A stretch of DNA of 64,000 bases from Candidatus Binatia bacterium (lineage in GTDB: Bacteria; Desulfobacterota; Binatia; Bin18), in assembly GCA_963422435.1 (NCBI GenBank), contig OY729511.1, positions 2,826,105-2,890,104 of the forward strand. The letters run 5' to 3'. Positions 21,299 to 30,762 of this stretch are shown here, piece by piece. A program made the position numbers and the translations under genes. The first letter of the stretch is position 1, and each line of letters starts with the position of its first letter. The notes below the pieces were generated by a model. That model saw only the letters and a list, made by a program, of their open reading frames with translations. It searched no databases and was not told the origin of the DNA.

Positions 21299-21625
21299 AT
21301 GCCGACTCCCCTTCTCCTCACGCCCATTCCGGAAGACCAACTCCTGCGTGTGCTGTGGGATGACGACACCCTGAATGACTATCCCTTTGCCTATCTTCGG
21401 GGCTGGTGCCCGTGCGCGGTCTGTCAAGGGCATGGGGGCGAACGCCACTTTGTTAAGGCGGAAAATCCTCAGCTTGTGAGTATCAATATGGTCGGCAATT
21501 ATGCCGTGAATCCAATCTGGGATGACGGCCACGAAACGGGTATTTACACCTATGTCTATCTGCGGAGTTTAGGCGAGAGCCGAGACAATCAGCACAGCCA
21601 CGATAATCCCGAGAGGACACTCTAA
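21299..21625 (+). CDS. DUF971 domain protein (HCF101/gamma-butyrobetaine-hydroxylase N-terminal-like)
   Basis: 108 aa with YLRGWCPCAVCQG and a DUF971-like core. The domain is fused C-terminally to Mrp in plant HCF101. Confidence 0.6.
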   Translation: MPTPLLLTPIPEDQLLRVLWDDDTLNDYPFAYLRGWCPCAVCQGHGGERHFVKAENPQLVSINMVGNYAVNPIWDDGHETGIYTYVYLRSLGESRDNQHSHDNPERTL

Positions 21626-21635
21626 AGGCGCACCC

Positions 21636-22703
21636 ATGTCAACACCACCAACACCCCAGGAATTATTAGAAGCGCTCAAACAAGTCAAATATCCTGGCTT
21701 TAGCCGAGATATTGTTGCCTTCGGCGTGGTCAAGGACATTGCAGTCGGCGGTGCCGCGGTGACGGTCGAACTCGCCCCTTCAACTGGCAATGCGGAGGTC
21801 ATCGCAAACATTCGACAGAGTGTGATTGAAACGCTGAGCCCGCTCGTCCAACTGCCCGTAGAGATTTCCATCCAGCAGCCGGCTACCCCAAAACCGCCGT
21901 CCAAGTCCAAGCCTGAGATTCCAGGGGTACGGCATGTGATCGCGGTGGCCAGTGGCAAGGGCGGAGTTGGAAAATCAACGGTTTCGGTGAACCTGGCAAG
22001 TGCGCTGGCTCGAACAGGCCAGCGGGTTGGGGTGATGGATGCCGATATCTACGGACCGAGTATCCCCCTCATGCTGGGCATTACCGAGAAGCCCAAGAGT
22101 ACGGAAGATAAGCGGCTGATCCCAGTTGCCAAATACGACATGCAGATCATGTCCATGGGCTTTCTGATCCCGGATGGCCATGCTGTCATTTGGCGTGGGC
22201 CGATGATTGATAAGCTGCTGACCGAGTTTATTACCAAGGTCGAGTGGGGGAAATTGGATGTGCTCGTTGTTGACCTGCCGCCCGGCACCGGTGATGCCCA
22301 GCTGACCTTGGTGCAAAAGGTCCCGCTCTCCGGCGGGGTCATCGTGACGACGCCCCAAGATGTGGCGCTACTCGATGCGCGGCGCGGCATCAAGATGTTT
22401 GAGGAAGTCGACGTTCCGGTCTTAGGCGTTATCGAGAATATGAGCTACCTGATCTGCCGTTCCTGTGGACATGAGGCGTATATTTTTTCTCATGGTAACG
22501 GGGTGAAAATGGCCGAGCAGTTTCATCTGCCGTTCCTCGGTCAGCTGCCCCTCGTCCACGAGATTGTCGCTGGAGGGGATGCGGGAATCCCGCTTGTGAT
22601 CGCCCAGCCTGACCACCCGCAGAGTCAGACCTTTCTTGAGATTGCCCAGCAAGTCCTGAGGCAAGTCGACACACCGTCCGTCCGCCCCGGGACTCTCCAA
22701 TAG
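21636..22703 (+). CDS. Second Mrp/ApbC/NBP35(Ind1-like) Fe-S cluster carrier ATPase with DUF59 domain
   Basis: VKYPGFSRDIVAFGVV, AVASGKGGVGKSTVSVNLASALA, and CRSCGHEA. Paralogous to the gene at 20196. Confidence 0.85.
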   Translation: MSTPPTPQELLEALKQVKYPGFSRDIVAFGVVKDIAVGGAAVTVELAPSTGNAEVIANIRQSVIETLSPLVQLPVEISIQQPATPKPPSKSKPEIPGVRHVIAVASGKGGVGKSTVSVNLASALARTGQRVGVMDADIYGPSIPLMLGITEKPKSTEDKRLIPVAKYDMQIMSMGFLIPDGHAVIWRGPMIDKLLTEFITKVEWGKLDVLVVDLPPGTGDAQLTLVQKVPLSGGVIVTTPQDVALLDARRGIKMFEEVDVPVLGVIENMSYLICRSCGHEAYIFSHGNGVKMAEQFHLPFLGQLPLVHEIVAGGDAGIPLVIAQPDHPQSQTFLEIAQQVLRQVDTPSVRPGTLQ

Positions 22704-22723
22704 ATCAATCTCCACCCCTCGGT

Positions 22724-23077
22724 ATGGCAAAGTTATACGTCTCGTTTGAAAACGGGAATCCTGAACAGGTGATTGAATTTGATCCGTCCCACGCGCCGTT
22801 TCACCATGATGGCGAGTCGGGTTCCCTCCTCGATATCTTACTCGGTCATGGCGTTGAACTCGAACACGCCTGCGGCGGTAATTGTGCCTGCACAACCTGC
22901 CACGTGATTGTCACCCAGGGGATGGCGTATTTGACTGAGAACGAAGAGGAAGAAGACGATATGCTCGACAAGGCACCTGGCTTAGTGTCAACGTCGCGGC
23001 TGGGCTGCCAAGCGGTTATGGCTGAGGGTGAAGTGAAAATCTTTATTCCTCGCCACACCATTAATCAACAGGTGTAA
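22724..23077 (+). CDS. fdx: 2Fe-2S ferredoxin (adrenodoxin/ISC Fdx type)
   Basis: CGGNCACTTCHV...SRLGCQAV cysteine pattern of vertebrate-type [2Fe-2S] ferredoxins. Confidence 0.8.
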   Translation: MAKLYVSFENGNPEQVIEFDPSHAPFHHDGESGSLLDILLGHGVELEHACGGNCACTTCHVIVTQGMAYLTENEEEEDDMLDKAPGLVSTSRLGCQAVMAEGEVKIFIPRHTINQQV

Positions 23078-23111
23078 TAATCAACAGGTGTAATGGAGAG
23101 CGGCCGCGCGC

Positions 23112-23831
23112 ATGTCTTCCTCACCGACCTTTACCGCAACTATCGAAAAGATTATTGAACGAGCCCCAGATACCCGCTCTTTTTTTCTCCGGGTTGCGAA
23201 TGGCCAGAAACTCCCATTTTTGCCGGGCCAATTCCTCTCGTTTTTGCTCCCGATTGGCGGACGGACGCTCACCCGGGCATACACGATTGCCTCCTTGCCC
23301 GAGGAAGAGGGATGCCTTGAGATTTGTTTGAATCAGGTTGGTGATAGTCCCGGTTCCTCCTATCTCTTCAGCCTGGAAGAAGCCGATGTCCTGTGCTTTA
23401 CCGGTCCGTGGGGAAACTTTGTCCTCGACCAGCCAACGGCCGCCGAATACATTTTTATTGCCGACCGGGTTGGCGTCGTGCCTTTTCGGCCTATGATTGC
23501 CCGCCTTCTGACTGCGGGCGGACAGCACGCCGCCCGCTTGCTGTATGCTGGGCCACGGTCAGGAGACTTGCTGTACGCTACTGAGTGGCAGAGGTGGGAG
23601 AGGCAGTGTGCTCATTTTTCCTTTCGGCCGCTCATCGCCGAATGCGAGCCGGAGGAGTATTCAATAGAGAAGGGACTGTTGCCTTACGTCGAGCAGCATT
23701 TTGTAAAAGAGGCGAGACAGCACAGCCGACGGTTTTATATCTGCGGGATAGGGCGACCCGTTCTGTTATTGAGAGACCTCCTCCGTGGAGCCGGATACGA
23801 GCGTCAGACTGTGAAATATGAAAAATGGTAG
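23112..23831 (+). CDS. FNR-family FAD/NAD(P)-binding oxidoreductase (ferredoxin--NADP+ reductase-like)
   Basis: RAYTIAS (RxYS FAD-binding motif), GPWGNF NAD-binding region, and a C-terminal CG motif. 239 aa. Confidence 0.65.
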   Translation: MSSSPTFTATIEKIIERAPDTRSFFLRVANGQKLPFLPGQFLSFLLPIGGRTLTRAYTIASLPEEEGCLEICLNQVGDSPGSSYLFSLEEADVLCFTGPWGNFVLDQPTAAEYIFIADRVGVVPFRPMIARLLTAGGQHAARLLYAGPRSGDLLYATEWQRWERQCAHFSFRPLIAECEPEEYSIEKGLLPYVEQHFVKEARQHSRRFYICGIGRPVLLLRDLLRGAGYERQTVKYEKW

Positions 23832-23983
23832 AGCCACAGCGTTGAACCATTGTCGGAAAAGAAGCTGTCCGGCACTCTTCTCATAGCGGAACGGTTGACA
23901 AGCTGGACTCTAGAACTCTATCATCAGAACGACCAATGAGTGAGGGATTTTCTGCATAACTTATTTATAAGGAGAAGCGAGCG

Positions 23984-24385
23984 ATGGCCTACACCGAGCG
24001 AGTCATAGAGCATTACGAGCGGCCGCGGAACGTGGGGAGTTTTGAGAGGGAGGACGCGCACGTGGGGACGGGCGTGGTGGGGGCCCCGGAGTGCGGGGAC
24101 GTGATGAAGTTACAGTTGAAGATCAACCCGCAGACCGAAGTGATTGAAGATGCGAAGTTCAAGACCTTTGGGTGTGGGTCGGCGATAGCGTCGTCGAGTT
24201 ATGTGACAGAGTTGGTAAAGGGGAAGACGGTGGCCGAGGCGGGGGAGATCAAGAACACGCAGATCGTGGAGGAGTTGGCGTTACCGCCGGTGAAGATTCA
24301 CTGTTCGGTATTGGCGGAGGATGCGATCAAGGCGGCGGTAGCGGACTGGCGGGGACAGGGCTCGGCCAAGAAAGATGCCGCCTAG
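23984..24385 (+). CDS. iscU: Fe-S cluster assembly scaffold IscU/NifU-like
   Basis: GAPECGDVMKLQLKI, FKTFGCGSAIASSS, and HCSVLAEDAIKAAV. All three conserved cysteines plus the LPPVK motif are present. Confidence 0.9.
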   Translation: MAYTERVIEHYERPRNVGSFEREDAHVGTGVVGAPECGDVMKLQLKINPQTEVIEDAKFKTFGCGSAIASSSYVTELVKGKTVAEAGEIKNTQIVEELALPPVKIHCSVLAEDAIKAAVADWRGQGSAKKDAA

Positions 24386-24424
24386 ACACCCGCGCAACGC
24401 GACTGGTATCGAGACCGGGAAGAT

Positions 24425-24955
24425 ATGGAAAACAACGCCACGCAAGTAACGGCCACCCGGCTACAGGGCGGAGAAGAAGCCTTGCTGGGTGATGCGGTTG
24501 TTCTGACCCAATTGGATAAAGCCATTGGTTGGGCGCGCAAGTATTCGATTTTTCCTTACCCATTTGCAACGGCGTGTTGCGCCATGGAGTATATGGCGCT
24601 GTCGATGACGCCGTATGATATCGATCGCTTTGGGGCTTTACTGCCCCGGTTTAGCCCCAGACAAGCTGATTTACTGATGGTGATCGGAACGGTGACGTGT
24701 CGCCAGGCTCCCATCCTGAAACGCGTACACGAGCAGATGGCAGAGCCGAACTGGGTGATGGCTTTTGGGGCCTGTGCTTCGACCGGCGGATTTTACGATA
24801 ACTACACCACCGTTGCGGGTATCGACCATATTGTCCCTGTTGACGTGTATGTGCCTGGCTGTCCGCCCCGTCCTGAGAATGTCTTGGACGCCCTGATGGC
24901 TTTGCAGCGAAAAATTCAGAGCCAAAAGCAAAAATTCCGCGGAGTTGGACTGTAG
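24425..24955 (+). CDS. nuoB: NADH-quinone oxidoreductase subunit B, extra copy outside the main operon
   Basis: CCAMEY, GACASTGGFYDNY, and [13 protein letters not shown] carry the N2 cluster ligands. Confidence 0.85.
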   Translation: MENNATQVTATRLQGGEEALLGDAVVLTQLDKAIGWARKYSIFPYPFATACCAMEYMALSMTPYDIDRFGALLPRFSPRQADLLMVIGTVTCRQAPILKRVHEQMAEPNWVMAFGACASTGGFYDNYTTVAGIDHIVPVDVYVPGCPPRPENVLDALMALQRKIQSQKQKFRGVGL

Positions 24956-25033
24956 AGGTCAAGGAATAACAGCACGGTCTCTCGTCGTATGGGTGCCGGA
25001 ATATCCACAAGGTCAACCGAGCGCAGCTCTCTG

Positions 25034-25522
25034 ATGAATATCGGACGGCGGGTAGACTACGCTGTTCGTGCGTTGACCTATCTTGCCGCCCAGCCCCAGG
25101 ACAGGGTTGTTCCAAGGCGGGAGATCCAGACAAAACAGGATATTCCCGCGCACTTCCTGTCGAAGATTATGAAACAGCTTGCAAGTGGGGGATTGGTTGA
25201 GTCCTATATGGGGGCGCGTGGCGGGTTCAGGCTCAAGAAGCCGGCGGCTGATATCAGCTTGCGCGTGGTGTATGAGTGTTTGGAGGGCCCGTTGTTGCTG
25301 ATGGAGTGTCTCGACGAAGACGGGAATGCCTGCTGCTATCATCCAGTGTGTAACCAGATTTCTGTGTGGGGTGAGGCACAACGATTGCTCGGGTCGTATC
25401 TGGCTGAGGTTTCCATCGGACAAATTGCCCACAAGGTGGGGTTGCGAGAGGAGCTTGCTCATCGCGAGCAGCGAGAGTATACAGAATCTACTCGACACCA
25501 TATTGCGGGGCCGTCGCTCTGA
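25034..25522 (+). CDS. Rrf2 family transcriptional regulator (IscR/NsrR-like, cysteine cluster present)
   Basis: wHTH N-terminus MNIGRRVDYAVRALTYLA. Cys cluster CLDEDGNACCYHPVC consistent with an Fe-S-binding Rrf2 regulator. Confidence 0.75.
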   Translation: MNIGRRVDYAVRALTYLAAQPQDRVVPRREIQTKQDIPAHFLSKIMKQLASGGLVESYMGARGGFRLKKPAADISLRVVYECLEGPLLLMECLDEDGNACCYHPVCNQISVWGEAQRLLGSYLAEVSIGQIAHKVGLREELAHREQREYTESTRHHIAGPSL

Positions 25523-25592
25523 AGGCGGACTACTTTCCAAATGGGAGAATGAAAACCTGGGAGAGCCCTGTTGAATAGAAGGAGCTTGTACG

Positions 25593-26033
25593 GTGCTGTT
25601 TAATCTCGGGAATGTGCTCGTTTTTTCCATCCTTGCCATTGCGTTCTGTGCCGTCCATCTCGCGCTGGGAAAGCTGTTGCGTCCGCATAATCCAGAGGCA
25701 AAGAAGTTGACCACGTATGAGTGCGGAGAGCCACCTACCGGGAGTGCCTGGATCAATTTTAATATTCGTTTCTACCTGATCGCTCTCGTGTTTGTGATAT
25801 TTGAAATCGAGGTTGCCTTTATTTTCCCGGTTGCCGTGGCCTTTCGCGACTGGTTGCTCAATGGGCAGGGACTCTTTGCGCTTACTGAAATCCTGATCTT
25901 TCTGGGTATTCTTGTTGTGGGACTGGTCTATGTCTGGGCCAAGCGGGACCTTGAATGGCTCAAGCGATTGCAACCAACCGCAACCGAGGCTCAGACCGCG
26001 ACGAAAGAATCCGAATTACCGAAAGCCGCCTGA
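25593..26033 (+). CDS. nuoA: NADH-quinone oxidoreductase subunit A
   Basis: YECGEPPTGSAWINFNIRFYLIALVFVIFEIEVAFIFP. GTG start with an AAGGAG Shine-Dalgarno sequence. Confidence 0.85.
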   Translation: MLFNLGNVLVFSILAIAFCAVHLALGKLLRPHNPEAKKLTTYECGEPPTGSAWINFNIRFYLIALVFVIFEIEVAFIFPVAVAFRDWLLNGQGLFALTEILIFLGILVVGLVYVWAKRDLEWLKRLQPTATEAQTATKESELPKAA

Positions 26034-26042
26034 GGAGGAAGC

Positions 26043-26543
26043 ATGTCCCTGATCAATAGTGTTCCGGAGATGGTGATCACCACCAAGCTTGATGAGGTGC
26101 TTAATTGGACGCGGAAATCATCGGTGTGGTACATGCTCTTCGGCCTTGCGTGTTGTGCTATTGAGCTCATGCAAACCGGTGGCCCCCGAGCGGACTTGGA
26201 GCGTTTCGGAGCGGCCCCGCGGGCGACCCCGCGTCAGTCCGATATGATGATTATCGCCGGGACGCTCACCTTGAAGATGGCGCTACGGACCAAAGTCCTT
26301 TACGATCAAATGCCTGATCCCAAATATGTGATTTCTATGGGGAGTTGTTCAAATTGTGGTGGGCTGTTTCAGTTGGCGTACTCGGTCTGCGATGGTGTTG
26401 ATAAAGTGATTCCCGTTGACGTATACGTTCCCGGCTGTCCACCCCGTCCCGAAGCCCTGACCGAGGGTCTGCTCAAACTCCAGGAAAAGATGATGCAGGA
26501 GCGCTGGCTGGTGAAGGGCTCTGCCGCGCAAGCTGCAGCATAG
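26043..26543 (+). CDS. nuoB: NADH-quinone oxidoreductase subunit B (operon copy)
   Basis: [14 protein letters not shown], and [13 protein letters not shown]. Confidence 0.9.
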   Translation: MSLINSVPEMVITTKLDEVLNWTRKSSVWYMLFGLACCAIELMQTGGPRADLERFGAAPRATPRQSDMMIIAGTLTLKMALRTKVLYDQMPDPKYVISMGSCSNCGGLFQLAYSVCDGVDKVIPVDVYVPGCPPRPEALTEGLLKLQEKMMQERWLVKGSAAQAAA

Positions 26544-26579
26544 TTTGCAGACGAAAGAGTCCGGCCCTGTGTGTGCACC

Positions 26580-27074
26580 ATGAGTCCCGCCGAGATCTAC
26601 AAAAATTTACAAGACCAGCACCCCGACGCGACTGCCGCCTTTGAGGCTGACGCCCTTGATCCTTTTGTGCTCGTCAAGCCGGACGCCATCGTGGAGGTGG
26701 GCCGCTTTCTTCACGACGACCCGGATTTGGCCTTTGACTGCTTGACGAATATGTCTGGTGTTGACTTCTTAAAAGAGGACTACATCCAAGTGGTTCTCCA
26801 CCTGTACTCCTACACCCATCGACATGCGATAGTGGTCAAGGCGAATGTGTCGCGCGAGGAGCCCAGCATGCCCTCCGTGGAAGCGGTCTGGAAAGCCGCC
26901 AATTGGTTGGAACGCGAGATCTACGACTTGCTTGGCGTCGTTTTTACCGGACACTCGGACTTACGGCGTTTGTTAATGCCGGAAGACTGGGTCGGGCATC
27001 CGCTTCGCAAGGATTTTGTCGAGCCTGAAGAGTACCATGGAATCAGCACGCGTCGAGAGAGCCTGCTGAAATAA
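26580..27074 (+). CDS. nuoC: NADH-quinone oxidoreductase subunit C
   Basis: 30 kDa subunit signature (ERE.YDLLGV.F.GH.DLRRLL). Confidence 0.85.
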   Translation: MSPAEIYKNLQDQHPDATAAFEADALDPFVLVKPDAIVEVGRFLHDDPDLAFDCLTNMSGVDFLKEDYIQVVLHLYSYTHRHAIVVKANVSREEPSMPSVEAVWKAANWLEREIYDLLGVVFTGHSDLRRLLMPEDWVGHPLRKDFVEPEEYHGISTRRESLLK

Positions 27075-27149
27075 TTTCACGCTCGTGTTCCACCCCACCT
27101 TCGTCTTTTCTATCGCTCCTCGTATTCAAACCCAAAGCGGGAGGCATAT

Positions 27150-28304
27150 ATGAGCTTGGCAGGGTATGAGTTTGAAGTCCAACGTGACGATGGTCTCGCA
27201 ACCGAAGAGATGACCCTGAATATGGGCCCCCAGCATCCGAGTACGCACGGGGTGTTGCGTTTTGTGGTCAAGGCCGACGGTGAAATCATGCGGACGGCCC
27301 TTCCTGACATTGGGTATCTACATCGCTCCATAGAGAAGATATCCGAGAAGGTCGGTTATCATGGCTTCATGCCCTATACGGACCGCGTCGATTATGTATC
27401 GGCCATGCAGTGTAACCAGGGCTGGGCCATGGTCTGCGAGCGCGCGGCCGGGATTGAGGTGCCTCGGCGGGGAGAGTTTTGTCGGGTCATTGCTTGCGAA
27501 TTGGGTCGAATCGCCAGTCACCTGCTCTCGGTTGGGACCATGGTCATGGATATTGGTGGGATGACACCGTTTACGCACGCGATTCGGGAGCGGGAAAAGG
27601 TGAATAACCTGCTTGAAGATCTGTGCGGTGCACGGCTGACCTTTAATTATATGCGTATTGGCGGCGTAGCCTGGGATTTACCGCCGGGGTATGCAGAACA
27701 AGTGACGGCCTTCCTGGATCAATTTGGACCCCTCATTGCCGAATACAACGACCTGATTTCCTATAATAAGATCTATGTCGAACGCTTAGCCAATGTTGCT
27801 GCGGTCAGCAAAGAAGAGGCGATTAACTACAACTTGGTTGGCCCCAATCTGCGCGGCTGTGGTTTTCAGTATGATGTGCGTCGGGATGAGCCTTATTCGA
27901 TTTACCCGGAATTAGACTTTGATGTCCCAGTTGGGACAGGCGAAGTCGGCACCCTGGGCGATTGCTTTGACCGCTACATAGTGCGGATTAAAGAATTAAA
28001 AGAATCGTGCAAAATCGTCCGCCAATGCCTGGATATGATCCCCGCCGGGCCGGTCCTGGCGAGAGTGGCCAAGAAGCTCAAACCGCCGGTTGGCGACGCG
28101 CATGTCCGTGTCGAAGCCTCTCGGGGGGATATGGGCTGGTATGTGGTCAGTGACGGGAGTGAGTTTCCCTATCGAACAAAAATTAGAACTGGCTCGTTTT
28201 CAGCGATGAGCATAGTGGACAAACTCAGTCGTGGGTTGATGATTGCCGACCTGATTGCGCTGATTGCCAGCCTCGATGTGGTGGCTCCTGAAGTTGACCG
28301 GTAA
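27150..28304 (+). CDS. nuoD: NADH-quinone oxidoreductase subunit D
   Basis: 49 kDa subunit motifs (MTLNMGPQHPSTHGVLR, C-terminal RGxMG). Confidence 0.9.
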   Translation: MSLAGYEFEVQRDDGLATEEMTLNMGPQHPSTHGVLRFVVKADGEIMRTALPDIGYLHRSIEKISEKVGYHGFMPYTDRVDYVSAMQCNQGWAMVCERAAGIEVPRRGEFCRVIACELGRIASHLLSVGTMVMDIGGMTPFTHAIREREKVNNLLEDLCGARLTFNYMRIGGVAWDLPPGYAEQVTAFLDQFGPLIAEYNDLISYNKIYVERLANVAAVSKEEAINYNLVGPNLRGCGFQYDVRRDEPYSIYPELDFDVPVGTGEVGTLGDCFDRYIVRIKELKESCKIVRQCLDMIPAGPVLARVAKKLKPPVGDAHVRVEASRGDMGWYVVSDGSEFPYRTKIRTGSFSAMSIVDKLSRGLMIADLIALIASLDVVAPEVDR

Positions 28305-28332
28305 AGGGAAATACGGTACGAGTGCGGCGCCT

Positions 28333-29523
28333 ATGCAGAGTTTTATTGACAGTTTAATTGCCAGCGGCATATTTGGCGGGCTCCCGGCGGAGGCAGTCTA
28401 TCCCGCCATGATGTTTCTGTTTGCCTCCCTCGTTGTCTTTGGCTTTGTTTTACCCCTGGTGACGATCACCATCTGGCTCGAGCGGCGGGTCTGGTCGCGC
28501 ATTCAGTCGAGGGTTGGGCCGAATCGGGTTGGGCCTCAAGGCGTCCTGCAAGGGTTGGCTGATGGGGTGAAAAATATTCTGAAGGAAGACGTGGTGCCTG
28601 ATGCCGCGGACCGTCCGCTGTTTGTGTTCGCACCCTATCTGTTGGTCTGGGGATTTCTGGCGACTTTTGTCGTTATCCCGTTCAGCAGTGCGCTTGTTAT
28701 TGCCGACCTCAATGTGGGGATTCTCTATATCACGGCAATCGTCGCGCTCTCCGCTGTCGGTGTCCTCATGGCGGGCTGGGCATCGAATAATAAATGGTCC
28801 CTGCTGGGCGGCATCCGATCCGCTGCTCAGGTCGTGAGTTATGAAATCCCCGCCGGACTGGCATTGCTGCCCGTCGTGCTCCTGACCGGAACCCTGAGCA
28901 CGCAAGGGATCATCCAAGCACAAGGCTGGGCACCTTGGGACTGGTTCCTTTTCCATAGCCCGTTTACGTTCATTGCCGCCTTTGCTTTCTATATTTCCGC
29001 CCTTGCGGAAACCAATCGAACGCCTTTTGACATTCCAGAAGCGGAATCGGAACTGGTGGCTGGATTTGCGACTGAGTACAGCGGGTTCCGGTTTGCGCTC
29101 TTCTTTTTGGCAGAGTGGGGCAGCTTGTACGTAACGGGTGCCATTATGGCCGTAGTATTCCTAGGGGGCTGGCAGATCCCGACCGGATGGACAAATAACA
29201 CGGTTGTGTTGAATATTGCGCAACTCGGGGTCTTTTTCCTCAAGGCGTATTTCTGGGTGTTCCTGGCCATGTGGATACGCGCCACCCTGCCTCGTATCCG
29301 GGTGGATCAGATGATGTCGCTGTGTTGGAAGTATTTGGTGCCGCTTGGATTTGTAAATTTGGTTGGGACAGCGGTCTGGATGGTGATTTGGCCTGAGGGC
29401 AATGCGTTCGTGCCGTATCTCATGGTTGTCGGTACGCTGGCTCTTACTGTCATCTTCTTCCGGCGCGTCCTATACCATTTACGTCGGGCGAAGCCTGAGC
29501 TCTATTTTAATCCGGCAATCTGA
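28333..29523 (+). CDS. nuoH: NADH-quinone oxidoreductase subunit H
   Basis: Polytopic NuoH/ND1 signature (ERRVWSRIQSRVGPNRVGP, GWASNNKWSLLGG..R). ATG 28333 is preferred over the ORF-track start 28264, which would overlap nuoD. Confidence 0.85.
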   Translation: MQSFIDSLIASGIFGGLPAEAVYPAMMFLFASLVVFGFVLPLVTITIWLERRVWSRIQSRVGPNRVGPQGVLQGLADGVKNILKEDVVPDAADRPLFVFAPYLLVWGFLATFVVIPFSSALVIADLNVGILYITAIVALSAVGVLMAGWASNNKWSLLGGIRSAAQVVSYEIPAGLALLPVVLLTGTLSTQGIIQAQGWAPWDWFLFHSPFTFIAAFAFYISALAETNRTPFDIPEAESELVAGFATEYSGFRFALFFLAEWGSLYVTGAIMAVVFLGGWQIPTGWTNNTVVLNIAQLGVFFLKAYFWVFLAMWIRATLPRIRVDQMMSLCWKYLVPLGFVNLVGTAVWMVIWPEGNAFVPYLMVVGTLALTVIFFRRVLYHLRRAKPELYFNPAI

Positions 29524-29546
29524 TGTGACGACTAGGGGAACGCTCT

Positions 29547-30128
29547 ATGGCGAGTAGTATTGGCCAATATCTGAAGCACGCGAAAGAGGCGGCGGCCACG
29601 ATTTTCGAAGGGATGAGTGTGACTATGTCTCACTTCGTCCGTAAGCCATATACTATTCAGTATCCAGACCGGACTGCGGTCCGCGTCCAAGATACGCTGC
29701 CCCTTCGTTATCGAGGCATCCTTGAAGTTGACCTGGAGATCTGCACCGGTTGTTTGGCATGTGAGCGGGCGTGTCCGATTGACTGTATTGTGATTGACGC
29801 GCCAAAGGACAAAGCGACTCGGGCGATGCTCCTGAGCCGGTTTGATATCGACATCGCCAAATGCATGTACTGTGGTCTGTGCAGCGAGGTCTGTCCCACC
29901 GGATCGATTCATCACACGACCGAATTTGAAGGGGCAGATTACTCACTGGAGAGCATGATCCGTCGTTTCGTGAAGGACCCCGTCTTGGCGTATAAGGCAA
30001 AGAAAGGGGAGGAGACTGACCCGTTGATTGCGCCGATCTTGGATCGCGGCCTGGAATTTCTTGCGGAATGGGCGGAGCCCGTTGATATGAAGAAATATAA
30101 AAAAGCGCAAGAAGAGGCCGCCTCATAA
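29547..30128 (+). CDS. nuoI: NADH-quinone oxidoreductase subunit I (2x[4Fe-4S])
   Basis: CTGCLACERACP and CMYCGLCSEVCP. Confidence 0.9.
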   Translation: MASSIGQYLKHAKEAAATIFEGMSVTMSHFVRKPYTIQYPDRTAVRVQDTLPLRYRGILEVDLEICTGCLACERACPIDCIVIDAPKDKATRAMLLSRFDIDIAKCMYCGLCSEVCPTGSIHHTTEFEGADYSLESMIRRFVKDPVLAYKAKKGEETDPLIAPILDRGLEFLAEWAEPVDMKKYKKAQEEAAS

Positions 30129-30145
30129 GTTGCGGATAAGGAGAT

Positions 30146-30667
30146 ATGGCAATGCCTTTGGAAGCGTTGGTTTTCTATCTGCTGGCCGCCTTGACCGTCG
30201 GGTCGGCGCTCATCGTCGCGCTCTCTCATAACTTGGTGTATTCGGCCTTTGCTCTGTTGGGAACGTTCATGGGGGTGGCCGGCTTGTACGCGCTGTTAGC
30301 CGCCGACTTTGTCGCAGTGATTCAGGTCATGCTCTACATTGGTGGCATCCTCGTCCTCATCCTTTTTGCGGTGATGCTCACCCATCGGATTGCTGATGTG
30401 GATGTCTCGAATCGGACGGTCGGACGTATTCCCGCTGCCTTGATTCTTGGCGTTGTCGGGACAGTCATGGGGGTCTGTATTGGGGCGGCTGAATGGGTAC
30501 AGCATGCCGAACCGGTGGTCGAGCCGACAACATTCGGTATTGGAGAGGCATTCCTTGGGCCGTATATTCTGCCATTCGAGCTCGCTTCAGTCGTGCTGCT
30601 CGTGGCGTTGATTGGGGCGGTTGTCGTGTCACGGAAGGAACTGCGTGGGCCCATGGCCGACGGATAA
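30146..30667 (+). CDS. nuoJ: NADH-quinone oxidoreductase subunit J
   Basis: Five TM helices, about 170 aa, position in the operon. Confidence 0.8.
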   Translation: MAMPLEALVFYLLAALTVGSALIVALSHNLVYSAFALLGTFMGVAGLYALLAADFVAVIQVMLYIGGILVLILFAVMLTHRIADVDVSNRTVGRIPAALILGVVGTVMGVCIGAAEWVQHAEPVVEPTTFGIGEAFLGPYILPFELASVVLLVALIGAVVVSRKELRGPMADG

Positions 30668-30762
30668 TGGTCGAGTCCAGGCTCTGCGCTCTCTCTTGAC
30701 GGCCTCCCTTGATTTTTTTCCTCCTCCCATTTAAGACGGGACAACCCTCCTCACCACTACGA

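Noticed and set aside
23101-24026. NotI/SacII/XbaI-like sites (GCGGCCGC at 23101 and 24019, TCTAGA at 23908) and a consensus-like TTGACA...TATCAT upstream of iscU as signs of an engineered insert
   Set aside because: GC-rich 8-mers are expected by chance at this composition. The flanking genes form a coherent Fe-S/complex I context, so a natural locus is the simpler explanation. The TTGACA-18-TATCAT element (23896-23925) may simply be the iscU promoter.
28264-28332. Upstream start for nuoH overlapping nuoD by 40 nt
   Set aside because: The extension (MPASMWWLLKLTGKGKYGTSAAP) has no counterpart in NuoH/ND1 N-termini; ATG 28333 is preferred.
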